Below are positions 17,704-30,400 of a stretch of 64,000 nucleotides of DNA, piece by piece. This DNA is from Candidatus Omnitrophota bacterium (GTDB taxonomy: Bacteria > Omnitrophota > Gorgyraeia > Zapsychrales > Aceulaceae), in assembly GCA_028693815.1 (NCBI GenBank), contig JAQUUP010000007.1:4921-68920 (forward strand). The letters are read 5' to 3'. Numbering within the stretch: position 1 is the stretch's first letter; every line of letters begins with the position of its first letter. A program made the translations under genes and the position numbers. Below the pieces are notes generated by a model. The model did no database searches and was not told the DNA's origin. It was given only the letters and a program-made list of their open reading frames with translations.

Positions 17704-19689
17704 ATGGATCAATTTGTCTTAAAGAGTCTATTTTCTCCTGTTTCAGAACAGGAGAAGGCGACTAAAGTTTTAAGTGCAAATCTTCAAAAGGGTGTTAATT
17801 CCCAAGTTCTTCTAGGTGTAACCGGAAGTGGAAAAACTTTTACGCTTGCCAACGTTATTAAAGAAGTTAATCGTCCAGTTCTGGTCATTTCCCATAATAA
17901 AACATTAGCGGCACAGCTTTTTGGGGAGTTTAAAGAATTCTTTCCCGATAACGCGGTTGAATATTTTGTTAGTTATTATGACTATTATCAGCCTGAGGCG
18001 TATATCCCGCAGACGGATGTGTATATTGAAAAAGATGCTTCTATCAATGATCAGCTTGATCAGCTGCGATTGTCTGCAACAACATCCTTAATGTCCCGCC
18101 GCGACACGATTGTCGTTTCCAGTGTTTCATGTATTTATAATTTAGGGTCTCCTAAAGAATATAAAGATTTTTTGCTGTGTCTTGAGAAAAGTCAGAAAAT
18201 GGAGCGCGATGCATTTCTTATGAAACTTGTTGATATCCAATACGAGCGAAATGATTACGAGTTTTCTCGTGGAAAATTTCGTGTTCGCGGCGATGTTGTT
18301 GAAGTTTTTCCTGCCTATCGAAGGGATGCGCTTCGTATTCAGTTTCTTGGTGATGAGATTGAGAAAATTTCTCAAATTGACCCGATAACAGGTGATGTGC
18401 TTTTAAATTTAGAAAAGATTGCGATTTATCCAGCAAAACACTTTGTCATGTCTTCGGATGCTGTTGAGTTAGGCATTGTGCGTATTGAGCGGGAGCTTGA
18501 AATCCAGCTTAAGGTTTTAAGGGAGAAAGGAAAACTTTTAGAGGCGCAACGCCTTGATTCACGAACGCGTTATGATATGGAAATGCTAAGGGAGGCTGGA
18601 TATTGCCATGGAATTGAGAATTATTCTAGATTGCTTTCTGACCGCCCTGAAGGTAGTCGGCCGTATACGCTTTTAGATTATTTTCCAAAAGATTTTTTAG
18701 TTATTATTGATGAGTCGCACGTGACAATCCCGCAGCTTAATGGCATGTACGAGGGGGATCGATCACGTAAAAAAACATTGGTTGAGCATGGATTTCGTTT
18801 ACCATCATGCTTGGATAATCGTCCCTTGAAATTTAAAGAGTTTTCTGATGTGATCGGTCAGAGGATTTATGTTTCGGCAACCCCTGGAGCGCTTGAGATT
18901 AAAGAAAGCAAAGGCAAAATTGTTGAGCAGATTATTCGTCCAACTGGAATTATTGATCCTGTTGTGGATATTAGGCCTACTGAAGGTCAAATTGATGATT
19001 TGGCTAAAGAAATTCTTAAACGTGCCAAACGAGACGAGCGTGTTTTAGTTACAACTCTGACTAAGCAGATGTCAGAAGATTTGACGAGTTATCTTGAAAA
19101 GAAGAAAATCAAAGTTAAATATATGCATTGCGATATTGAGACTATTGATCGTGCAAGGATTTTGCAGAATCTTCGCATGAAACACTTTGATTGTTTGGTT
19201 GGCGTGAATTTACTAAGAGAAGGACTTGATCTTCCCGAGGTTTCGTTGGTTGCAATTTTGGATGCTGATAAGCAAGGATTTTTGCGGTCGGAAAAAGCGC
19301 TTATTCAGGTTTCTGGTCGGGCTGCACGAAATGTCAACGGGAGGGTTATTATGTATGCCGACACTATTAGTCCTGCGATGAGAGCGATGATGAAGGAAAG
19401 CGATCGTCGAAGAAAAATTCAAGTTGCATTTAATGAAAAGAATAATATTAAGCCACAAACAATCAAAAAGGCAATTCAAAAAGGAATTGAAGAATTTGAG
19501 AAGGCTAAAGAGCTGGTTTTGGATGTTTCTGGCCAAAATCAAGAGCAATATAGTTTCTCAAATTTAGTAGCAGAGCTTGAAAGAGAAATGGATTTGGCGG
19601 CGCGTAATTTGCTTTTTGAAAAAGCAGCGCTTATTAGAGATAAGATAAAGGAGCTAAAAGCAAATGAATCATTCGTTTCTAAGAAGTAA
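17704..19689 (+). CDS. uvrB: excinuclease ABC subunit B
   Basis: 661 aa; LLGVTGSGKTFT Walker A, helicase motifs and a C-terminal UvrB/UvrC interaction coiled coil. Confidence 0.93.
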   Translation: MDQFVLKSLFSPVSEQEKATKVLSANLQKGVNSQVLLGVTGSGKTFTLANVIKEVNRPVLVISHNKTLAAQLFGEFKEFFPDNAVEYFVSYYDYYQPEAYIPQTDVYIEKDASINDQLDQLRLSATTSLMSRRDTIVVSSVSCIYNLGSPKEYKDFLLCLEKSQKMERDAFLMKLVDIQYERNDYEFSRGKFRVRGDVVEVFPAYRRDALRIQFLGDEIEKISQIDPITGDVLLNLEKIAIYPAKHFVMSSDAVELGIVRIERELEIQLKVLREKGKLLEAQRLDSRTRYDMEMLREAGYCHGIENYSRLLSDRPEGSRPYTLLDYFPKDFLVIIDESHVTIPQLNGMYEGDRSRKKTLVEHGFRLPSCLDNRPLKFKEFSDVIGQRIYVSATPGALEIKESKGKIVEQIIRPTGIIDPVVDIRPTEGQIDDLAKEILKRAKRDERVLVTTLTKQMSEDLTSYLEKKKIKVKYMHCDIETIDRARILQNLRMKHFDCLVGVNLLREGLDLPEVSLVAILDADKQGFLRSEKALIQVSGRAARNVNGRVIMYADTISPAMRAMMKESDRRRKIQVAFNEKNNIKPQTIKKAIQKGIEEFEKAKELVLDVSGQNQEQYSFSNLVAELEREMDLAARNLLFEKAALIRDKIKELKANESFVSKK

Positions 19690-21403
19690 TACTTTTGTTT
19701 TTCTTCTTCTTACGGCTGTTGTATTCTTGGTTTTCGGCAACGCACTTTTTAATGAATATTCTTATGATGACCATTATTTAATTTTAAATAATCAATATAT
19801 TCAAGATTTCTCGCATTTTAAAGATTTTCTTTTTAATGACGTTACTGTGATGACATCTATTGAAAAATCGAGCGGGTATTATCGACCAGTCTCGATGATT
19901 TTCTTGGTTTTGAATTATAAGCTGTGGGGCTTTAATGCGTTTGGTCTTCATTTGATGAGTGTGATTATTCATCTTTTAAACTGTTTTTTTGTTTTCCTTA
20001 TTATTAAGCAAATTGCTAAGAATTTCTGGATTTCTTTTTTATCTTCTTTAATTTTTGCCGTTCACCCCATTCACGTTGAGGCGGTAGCTCCAATTTTTAA
20101 TTATATGGGAATTTTGGCATCATTCTTTGCACTTTTTTCGTTTTGGGCGTTCGTTAAAAGCGATTCAATGCGCAACTTAAAATATGTTATTTTATCTGTG
20201 GTGCTTTTTTTATTTTCTGTGTTTTCAAAAGAAGAGGCTATTATCTTGCCTGGAATTTTTGTGTTGTATGATTTTTATTTTTGCTCAGGTTATTCTGTTT
20301 TAAGTGTTTTGCGTAAATGGAAACAATATTTATTTCTAATTGCGCCGGCTATTCTTTATATTGCTTTGAGGTTCCTTGTTTTTGGCAAGCAGGCAGCTTT
20401 AGGGTTTTGGAATATGAATATTGAATTTAATATTGCGACTAATAACAATGCTTGGGATCAGGTTGCTATTATTTTTTATGTATTTTTTAAATACTTTTCA
20501 ATCTTAATTTTTCCTGTGAACTTAACGGCTTTTTATTTGATCAAACCAGCAACAAGCTTGATGCCGATCGAGATTTTTGTGTCTATATTTTCTGTTTTAT
20601 TTCTAGTTGGGTATGCGATTCTTTCTGCCAGAAGAAATTCGATTGTCTCTTTCTTTATAGGGTGGTTCTTTGTTAGCAGCATTATGATTTCTAATATTAT
20701 TCCAATTGGAGGGCTTTTTTCAGAGCGGTTTATGTATTTCCCGTCTGTGGCATATTGTTTTTTTATCGGATATTTTTTTTATAGATTGCCAATTTTTTTA
20801 AAAGACGTAGATAATCGGAAAAGAAGTTTTTTTGCAGTTATTGGATTTTTAGTGATATTTATTTTGTATGCACAAAAAACTGTTGCGCGTAATTATGTTT
20901 GGAAAAATGATATTACGCTTTGGTCAGATACGGCTAAAAAAACGCCTGAAAGCTATCGTCCTTATTTAAGTTTAGCTGATGCATATCATTTTTATGGGGA
21001 GCAGTATTATGATAAAGCTCTTGATGCATATCTTAAAGTGCTTGAATATCCTGAGGCGCCTAAATTGCGTGTTCAAAATAGCATTGGTAAGTTTTATGGG
21101 ATGCAAAATAATCATCAAAAGGCTCTAGAGTATTTTAAAGCAGCACTTGTAGAAAACCCTGAAGATGTTGACACTCTTTATAATGTTGGGGTTACGTATT
21201 ATTTTTTGAATCAAAATGATGAGGCAGCAAGATATTTTGAAAAAGTCAATTTTATAGACAAAGATTATCCTTGGGGTTACTATGGTCTAGGTTTAGTGTT
21301 TCAGAAAAAAGGTCAAAATAGAAAAGCAAAAGAACTTTTTGCAAAAGCACTTGAGCTTGACCCAGAATTTAAGAGCGCTCAAATTGCTTGGGAGGCTTTG
21401 TAG
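19664..21403 (+). CDS. GT-C-like polytopic membrane protein with C-terminal TPR repeats (PMT/TMTC-like, DUF1736-type)
   Basis: More than 10 TM helices with an early YSYDDHY acidic loop motif, then 4-5 TPR repeats. Confidence 0.5.
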   Translation: MNHSFLRSNTFVFLLLTAVVFLVFGNALFNEYSYDDHYLILNNQYIQDFSHFKDFLFNDVTVMTSIEKSSGYYRPVSMIFLVLNYKLWGFNAFGLHLMSVIIHLLNCFFVFLIIKQIAKNFWISFLSSLIFAVHPIHVEAVAPIFNYMGILASFFALFSFWAFVKSDSMRNLKYVILSVVLFLFSVFSKEEAIILPGIFVLYDFYFCSGYSVLSVLRKWKQYLFLIAPAILYIALRFLVFGKQAALGFWNMNIEFNIATNNNAWDQVAIIFYVFFKYFSILIFPVNLTAFYLIKPATSLMPIEIFVSIFSVLFLVGYAILSARRNSIVSFFIGWFFVSSIMISNIIPIGGLFSERFMYFPSVAYCFFIGYFFYRLPIFLKDVDNRKRSFFAVIGFLVIFILYAQKTVARNYVWKNDITLWSDTAKKTPESYRPYLSLADAYHFYGEQYYDKALDAYLKVLEYPEAPKLRVQNSIGKFYGMQNNHQKALEYFKAALVENPEDVDTLYNVGVTYYFLNQNDEAARYFEKVNFIDKDYPWGYYGLGLVFQKKGQNRKAKELFAKALELDPEFKSAQIAWEAL

Positions 21404-21404
21404 A

Positions 21405-22175
21405 TTGAAGAAAGAATTATTGTTAGTGGATATTGGAAACACTTCGACAACGATCGCGATTGCAAAGAATAATAAGATTGTTTTGTTTGCATCTGTGGAT
21501 ACTGGGTTGTCGGCACCGCTGTTTAAAAAAACATTTTTATCCGCTATTCTAAAGGCTAAGAAAAAATATAAGAATTTAAATCAAGGCATTATTTGTAGTG
21601 TTGTGCCAAAAGTGTCCTTTTTGGTCGTATTTATTTTAAAAAAAGAGATATGTCAAATGCCTTTAATTGTTGGAAAAAATCTTAAGGTTCCAATTGAGAA
21701 TTGTTATCAAGAGCCTCGTCAGGTTGGTCAAGATCGATTAGTTTGCGGCTATGCGGCTCGCCAATTGTATGGATGTCCTGTTATTATTATTGATTTAGGG
21801 ACGGCGATTACAATTGATATTGTATCTTGCCAAGGTGGTTATGAGGGTGGTGTTATTGTCCCTGGGATTCGTCTTACAGCACAGTCTCTTTTTCATAGTA
21901 CTGCTCTTTTGCCAAATGTTAAAATTGCTCCGCCAAAATCTTTGATTGGTCGCACGACTAATGAAAGTATTTTAAGTGGAATTTTTCATGGATATGGTGC
22001 CCTTCTAGATGGACTTATTTTAAGAATTTCAAAGGAACTTAAGAAAAAACCTCGCATTATTTTAACTGGTGGACACGCCAAACTGATGAAAAAATTTGTG
22101 CATAAAAGAGTCGATGCTATCGACGATAAGCTCGTTTTTAAAGGAATGATGTTAGCCTTCCAATCCAGATTATAA
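21405..22175 (+). CDS. coaX: type III pantothenate kinase
   Basis: LLVDIGNTSTTIAI N-terminus and IIIDLGTAITIDIV motif; likely TTG start just after the upstream stop (the longer ATG frame overlaps the upstream gene). Confidence 0.8.
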   Translation: MKKELLLVDIGNTSTTIAIAKNNKIVLFASVDTGLSAPLFKKTFLSAILKAKKKYKNLNQGIICSVVPKVSFLVVFILKKEICQMPLIVGKNLKVPIENCYQEPRQVGQDRLVCGYAARQLYGCPVIIIDLGTAITIDIVSCQGGYEGGVIVPGIRLTAQSLFHSTALLPNVKIAPPKSLIGRTTNESILSGIFHGYGALLDGLILRISKELKKKPRIILTGGHAKLMKKFVHKRVDAIDDKLVFKGMMLAFQSRL

Positions 22176-22209
22176 TTTCAGTCTTCTTAAAACATCTTTA
22201 AAAAAAATC

Positions 22210-22264
22210 TTGACATTTTTTCTATTTTTTGCAATAGTAGCACTCTTGAAAGGTAAGTGCTAAT
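22210..22264 (+). promoter_or_regulatory. groESL promoter (-35 TTGACA) with CIRCE/HrcA operator inverted repeat
   Basis: TTGACA at 22210-22215; TAGCACTC-N9-aAGTGCTAA at 22238-22264 matches CIRCE TTAGCACTC-N9-GAGTGCTAA. Confidence 0.75.
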
Positions 22265-22336
22265 TTCGAACTTGTCTTTTTAGGGATAAAAGGTTAAGGC
22301 ATATAACAAGATACACACTTTAAAGGAGGTGTCGCA

Positions 22337-22630
22337 ATGCAACTCAAACCATTGGCAGACAGAATTATCGTTAAGCCACTTGAGGCAGAGGAAAAGACAA
22401 AGGGAGGGATTATTCTCCCAGATACAGCAAAAGAAAAGCCACAAGAAGGCAAGATTGTTGCTGTTGGAAAAGGAAAAGTGCTTGATGATGGCAGCGTTCA
22501 GGTGATGGAAGTCAAAGTTGGCGATCGCGTTTTGTATGGCAAATATAGTGGTACAGAAATCAAAACTAAAGAAGATGAAGATCTTTTGATTATGAGAGAA
22601 GAGGATGTTTTAGCAGTTTTTACTAAGTAA
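22337..22630 (+). CDS. groES: co-chaperonin GroES
   Basis: 97 aa; [12 protein letters not shown]... canonical. Confidence 0.93.
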   Translation: MQLKPLADRIIVKPLEAEEKTKGGIILPDTAKEKPQEGKIVAVGKGKVLDDGSVQVMEVKVGDRVLYGKYSGTEIKTKEDEDLLIMREEDVLAVFTK

Positions 22631-22724
22631 TGTGGATAAATTTAAATTGAGAACCTAGAGCCATTTTGGCTTTTAGGGTGAACCTTCGGGAGAGGATTTT
22701 TCAACAATTGTTCTGAAGAATTAA

Positions 22725-24374
<1,650 letters not shown>

Positions 24375-24425
24375 AATTGCGTTTAAAATAAACGTAAAAA
24401 CATCTATTTTTAAGGAAAATAATGT

Positions 24426-24460
24426 GGGCAAGGGTCTTTTAAGACCCTTGCCCATTTTCT
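24426..24460 (+). terminator. Rho-independent terminator after groEL
   Basis: GGGCAAGGGTC-TTTTAA-GACCCTTGCCC hairpin followed by ATTTTCT. Confidence 0.75.
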
Positions 24461-24578
24461 CATAGATATATATTTATATTGACTTTTTAGGCATATATAA
24501 GTATATTATATGTTTATAAGTTTACAAAACTGCCTTCCGCAGGAATCAAAATATATATATTCAAGGAGGTTACGTAAA

Positions 24579-25739
24579 ATGGCAGAATGGATCGGAATTG
24601 GAAGAAGAGCAAGGCGTTGTTATGGGTTTGATGAGGTTGCCTTGGTGCCTGGACGTATCACTGTTAACCCAAATGAGGTTGATGTTAGCTGGAAATTAGG
24701 AAAAATGAAGTTTAAAACTCCCATTTTGGCTGCTGCCATGGATGGGGTTGTGGATGTTGATTTTGCTATTGCGATGGGTAAATTAGGGGGCATTGCGGTC
24801 TTAAACCTTGATGGTGTTCAAACCCGATACGAAAACCCAAAAGAAGTTTTGAGTCAAATCGCCAATGCTTCTGCTGACGAAGCGACAAAGCTAGTTCAAA
24901 ATCTTTATTTACCTCCTATCAAAGAAAAGTTGATTGCTCAACGTATTGAGCAAATTAAAAAAGCTAAAGTACCAGCATTTGTTAGCTGTATTCCTCAAAA
25001 TGCTAAACATTTTGGGGCTATTGCTCAAGAAGCAGGATGCGATGTTTTTATTGTTCAGTCTACCGTTGCAACTGTTGAACATATTTCAAGTGAATATAAG
25101 GTTTTAGATATTAAGAATTTCTGTGAATCTACGAAAATGTCAGTTATCGTTGGAAACAGTGTGACTTACGAAGTTGCTCTTGAGCTTATGGAGCAGGGCA
25201 TTGATGCACTTTTGGTTGGCATTGGTCCAGGGGCAGCTTGTACAACACGTGGTGTTTTAGGTATTGGCATTCCACAAATTACATCTACAGTTGATAGTGC
25301 AGCCGCACGAGATCATTTTTATACGCGTCATGGTAAATATATTCCAATTATTACTGATGGTGGCATGCGTATTGGAGGAGAAATTTGTAAAGCTTTTGCA
25401 GCTGGTGCTGATGCGGTTATGGTTGGATCTGCTTTTGCCCGAGCTAAAGAAGCTCCAGGTGGAGGATGTCATTGGGGCATGGCAACTTCAAACGCGAATC
25501 TTCCCAGAGGGACACGTGTGCGCGTAGGAACGACCGGAACATTAAAACAGATTCTTGTTGGGCCAGCAAAAGTTGATGATGGTTCACAAAATCTTGTTGG
25601 CGCGCTAAGAACATCTATGGGTTCTTTGGGAGCAAGGAATATTAAAGAGATGAATGATGTAGAAATTATTATTGCTCCTTCTATACAGACAGAGGGCAAA
25701 GTTTTTCAGATTGGCCAAAAAATCGGCATGGGCAAATAA
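24579..25739 (+). CDS. guaB: IMP dehydrogenase family protein lacking a CBS subdomain
   Basis: IMPDH barrel motifs (catalytic loop GIGPGAACTTR, GGMRIGGEICKAFAAGADAVMVGS) in only about 386 aa; directly upstream of guaA. Start trimmed to the Met of MAEWIGIGRR inside the longer track ORF. Confidence 0.75.
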   Translation: MAEWIGIGRRARRCYGFDEVALVPGRITVNPNEVDVSWKLGKMKFKTPILAAAMDGVVDVDFAIAMGKLGGIAVLNLDGVQTRYENPKEVLSQIANASADEATKLVQNLYLPPIKEKLIAQRIEQIKKAKVPAFVSCIPQNAKHFGAIAQEAGCDVFIVQSTVATVEHISSEYKVLDIKNFCESTKMSVIVGNSVTYEVALELMEQGIDALLVGIGPGAACTTRGVLGIGIPQITSTVDSAAARDHFYTRHGKYIPIITDGGMRIGGEICKAFAAGADAVMVGSAFARAKEAPGGGCHWGMATSNANLPRGTRVRVGTTGTLKQILVGPAKVDDGSQNLVGALRTSMGSLGARNIKEMNDVEIIIAPSIQTEGKVFQIGQKIGMGK

Positions 25740-25828
25740 TCCTTTGGCCTTTGGCCCTTAGGATAACCTCTTGGGATATACAGACTGGAAATTACCCGGG
25801 GGTTTAATCAAAGAATCGAGGAATTTTT

Positions 25829-27373
25829 ATGAAAAATAAGGACATTATTTTAGTCTTAGATTTTGGATCACAATACACACAGCTTATTGCACGACGTATT
25901 CGCGAAAGCAAGGTTTTTAGCAAGATTGTTCCTTATAATATTTCAATTGAGGAGATTGCAGAAATAAAACCAAAGGGACTTGTGTTTTCTGGTGGGCCTT
26001 TGAGTGTTTATGACAAAGACGCTCCTCTGCCAAAAAAAGAAATCTTTGATTTAAAAATTCCTATATTAGGCATTTGTTATGGCGCGCAGCTTATTACTCA
26101 TATGTTTGGTGGAAAGGTCAAGAAAACAAACGAAAGAGAATATGGCCGTGCTGAGCTTTTTGTGGACAGTCCTAGAGGAATTTTCTTTAATCTTCCAAGC
26201 AATTTAACATCATGGATGAGTCATGGCGATGAAGTTAAAAAGTTACCAACAGGATTCCGTTCAATTGCTCATACATTATCAACACCGAATGCAGCGATTG
26301 CTCATGTTCAAAAGAAGATTTATGGCGTTCAATTCCATCCAGAAGTTGTGCATACTCAGCGGGGACATCAAATTTTGGCTAACTTCTTATTTCAGGTGTG
26401 CGGATGTTTGCCGCGCTGGACTATGGATAAATTAGTTAAAGAAAAAATTAAAGAGATCAAAGCTCTTGTGAAAGATAAAAAAGTAGTTATGGGTTTAAGT
26501 GGCGGGGTTGATTCATCTGTTGCCGCTGTTTTAATTAATGAAGCGATTGGAAAAAGATTAAGTTGTGTCTTTGTTGACAACGGCCTTTTACGTAAAAATG
26601 AAGCGGCTTCTGTTGAAAAAACATTTAAGACAAATTTTAAAATAAATCTTTCATGTGTTGATGCGCAAAAACGCTTTTTGAATCGTTTAAAAAATGTTAC
26701 TGATCCAGAGCAAAAGCGTAAAATTATTGGCGATGAATTTATTAAAGTTTTTCAAGAGGCTTCTTCTCGAAGCAAAAAAGTAGAATTTTTAGGACAAGGA
26801 ACGCTTTATCCTGATGTTATTGAATCTTTTTCTCCGTCTGGAGGTCCATCGGTAACAATTAAAAGTCATCATAATGTTGGCGGGCTGCCAAAAAAAATGA
26901 AACTAAAGCTTATTGAACCTTTTCGGGAGTTATTCAAAGATGAGGTTCGCCAAATCGGAAAATATTTAGGCGTTCCGGATAGTATCCTTAAGCGTCAACC
27001 GTTTCCAGGGCCTGGTCTTGCGATCCGTATTATTGGTGAGGTTACTCAGGAGCGATTAGACATTTTACGCGAAGCAGACGATCGTGTTTTAGATGAGATT
27101 AGAAAAGCAGGACTTTATGATCAAATTTGGCAGTCGTTTGCAATTTTACTTCCGATTAAATCTGTTGGCGTAATGGGTGATAAGAGAACATATGAAAACG
27201 CGGTTGCAATTCGGGCTGTCACAAGTGTTGATGGCATGACCGCAGACTGGGTACCGTTGTCTCATGATGTATTGGCAAAGATTTCCAATCGCATCATCAA
27301 CGAAGTGCCTGGTGTTAATCGTGTTGTTTACGATGTAAGCTCAAAGCCTCCTGCGACCATTGAATGGGAATAG
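25829..27373 (+). CDS. guaA: GMP synthase (glutamine-hydrolysing)
   Basis: GATase class I ([10 protein letters not shown]), PP-loop SGGVDSSV, C-terminal ...TIEWE. Confidence 0.93.
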   Translation: MKNKDIILVLDFGSQYTQLIARRIRESKVFSKIVPYNISIEEIAEIKPKGLVFSGGPLSVYDKDAPLPKKEIFDLKIPILGICYGAQLITHMFGGKVKKTNEREYGRAELFVDSPRGIFFNLPSNLTSWMSHGDEVKKLPTGFRSIAHTLSTPNAAIAHVQKKIYGVQFHPEVVHTQRGHQILANFLFQVCGCLPRWTMDKLVKEKIKEIKALVKDKKVVMGLSGGVDSSVAAVLINEAIGKRLSCVFVDNGLLRKNEAASVEKTFKTNFKINLSCVDAQKRFLNRLKNVTDPEQKRKIIGDEFIKVFQEASSRSKKVEFLGQGTLYPDVIESFSPSGGPSVTIKSHHNVGGLPKKMKLKLIEPFRELFKDEVRQIGKYLGVPDSILKRQPFPGPGLAIRIIGEVTQERLDILREADDRVLDEIRKAGLYDQIWQSFAILLPIKSVGVMGDKRTYENAVAIRAVTSVDGMTADWVPLSHDVLAKISNRIINEVPGVNRVVYDVSSKPPATIEWE

Positions 27374-27430
27374 TTTTTAAAGAATATTTTTCAAAAACAT
27401 TTTCAAAAACTATAACTCCCGTATTAAATC

Positions 27431-30400
27431 ATGTATCATTCTGATTTTGTCCATCTTCATGTCCACACACAGTATAGTCTTCTCGACGGAGCTTGTCGGG
27501 TTAAGGATTTAGTTCAGAAAGCTGCTGAATATCGCATGCCAGCTCTTGGTATTGCTGATCATGGAAACATGTTTGGTGCGATTACTTTTTATCAAACCGC
27601 TGTTCGTCTAGGCGTTAAACCTATCATTGGTTGTGAATGCTATGTTGCACCAGCTAGCCGTTTTGACAAAACTCCTTCTACGGGCAGACGAGGCATGTCG
27701 CATCTTGTGCTATTCGCTAAAGATGAGGAGGGCTATCGTCATTTGATGAAACTGGTTTCGTCTGCTTATCTTGATGGATTTTATTATAAACCAAGAATTG
27801 ATAAGGAAATTTTGTCTCAATATTCGAAGGGTCTTTTAGCAACATCCGCATGTCTTAAAGGAGAGGTCGCGCAGGCTTTACGTCATGAGGGGTTTAATGA
27901 AGCGCTGAAAGTGGCTGATGAATTGCATCAAATTTTGGGCGAAGGCAATTTTTATTTGGAGCTTATGGAAAATGGTATTCCTGAGCAGAAAAAAGTAAAC
28001 GAAGGTCTTCTTAAAGTTTCTAAAGAATTAAACATTCCAGTTGTCGCTACGAACGATGTGCATTATCTTGAGCGCTCACAAGCATCAGCTCATGAGGCAC
28101 TTTTGTGTGTTCAGACTCAGACTACCCTTGATGACCCTAATCGCATGCGGATGTCTACCGATGAATTTTATTTTAAAAGTCCTGAAGAAATGAAGAAAGC
28201 TTTTAGTTATGCGCCGCAGGCTATTTCGAATACATTGGAAATTGCAGAAAAATGCAACCTTGAGTTAACGTTTGATAAGATTCACCTTCCTCGATTTGTT
28301 CCGCCTTCAGGAGAGACTAAAGAAGATTTTTTAGAAAAGCTTTGCGAGCAAGGTATTCTTCGTCGTTACAAAGAACGTACTAAAGAAATTGATGAGCGTC
28401 TTGAGCACGAACTTAAGATCATCAAAAAAATGGGTTTTGTAAGTTACTTTTTAATTGTTTGGGATTTTATTCATTTTGCGAAACAAAATGGTATTCCTGT
28501 TGGTCCGGGACGAGGATCAGCCGCAGGAAGCTTGGTCAGTTATCTTATCGGTATTACAGATTTGGATCCTTTGAAATATGGTCTTCTCTTTGAACGATTT
28601 CTCAATCCTGATCGTGCGGGGATGCCGGATATTGATATTGATTTTTGTTATGAGCGACGGCCAGAGGTCATTGAATACGTTACTAACAAATACGGAAAAG
28701 ATAGCGTAGCGCAGATTATTACGTTTGGAACGATGCAGGCACGCGCTGCGATTAGAGATGTTGGGCGCGTAATGAATGTTCCATATGCTGATGTTGACAA
28801 GATTGCAAAGCTTATTCCTAATGAACTTAATATTAAGATTCAAGATGCACTCATCAAAGAACCGCAATTGCAACAGCTTTATGATGAAAACGAGCAAACC
28901 GCTAAGCTTATTGAAACAGCTAAAGTTTTAGAAGGCTTAAATCGCCACGCTTCGACGCATGCCGCTGGTGTTGTGATCTCTGACAAGCCTCTTACGGATC
29001 ACGTACCTCTTTTTAAAACGAGTGATGATCAGATTACTACGGGTTATTCTATGGATGGTATTGCAAAGATTGGTCTTTTAAAAATGGATTTTTTAGGACT
29101 TAAGACTTTAACGGTTATCGATAAAGCGCTTAAACTTGTTAAGAAAATTCGTGGCATTGATTTAACTGTCGAGGATATTCCCCCGGATGATTTAAAGACG
29201 TATGATCTTTTAAGTCGGGCTAATAGCTTTGGTATATTCCAGCTTGAAAGTTCTGGCATGCGTGAGCTTCTAAAGCGAATCAAGCCAAATCAATTTGAAG
29301 ATTTAATCTCTATTCTAGCGCTTTATCGACCAGGTCCAATTGGAAGCGGTATGCTTGATGATTATATCAATCGAAAGAGGAGCGGTGGCCATGTGCATTA
29401 TGATCACCCTAAGCTTGAGGCGATTCTGAAAGAGACTTATGGTATTATTATTTTTCAAGAGCAAGTTATGAAGATTGCAAGCGATTTAGCTGGATTTAGC
29501 ATGACACAGGCCGATCATTTAAGACGCGCAATGAGTAAAAAGATTTCCGAAGTTATGAATAAGATGCGTATTGATTTTATTGCTGGTTGTAAAAAGACAT
29601 CCCAAATTAAAGAGCCGTTAGCGAATCGTTTGTTTGATTTGATTGATTATTTCTCTGGTTATGGATTTAATCGAAGTCATTCGGCTGCGTATGCCCTTAT
29701 TTCGTACCGTACCGCATATTTAAAAGCTAATTTTCCGATTGAATTTATGTGTGCTCTGCTGACTAGCGAAAAAGATAATACGGATAAAGTCGTTGAATAT
29801 GTTAAAGAGTCAGAGGCTATGGGAATCAAGATTTTGCCACCAGATGTGAATACCAGTGATTTAGAGTTTAGTGTGGATAGTGAGAATTCTATTCGTTTTG
29901 GGTTGATTGCTGTTAAAAATATTGGAGGCGCTGCCATTGAATCAATTTTGGAAAAGCGAAAAGACGGCCCGTACAAAGATATTTTTGATCTTTGTAAGCG
30001 TGTTGATTTGCGTACTGTTAATCATAAAGTTTTTGAAAGCTTAATCCGTTGTGGTGCTCTTGATCATTTCGGTGTCCATCGATCGCAACTCATGGCTGTT
30101 TTGGACAACGCGCTTGAATCTGGCGCAAAATTGCAAAAAGAAAAAAGTTCAGGACAGTTTTCATTTTTTGATATGAATGGTATGGAAGATTTTACAAAGG
30201 ATATGGAAACATTTCCAGAAATTGATGAATGGCCAAAAAGAAAAGTTTTAACTGACGAAAAAGAATTGCTTGGATTCTATGTGTCTGGGCATCCTTTGGC
30301 GCATTATCAAATAGAAATTAAAGAGTTCACGGATTATTCAACCCAAGAATTAAATAAGGCTACTGAAAACCAGGAAGTTAAATTGATTGGATTGATCAGT

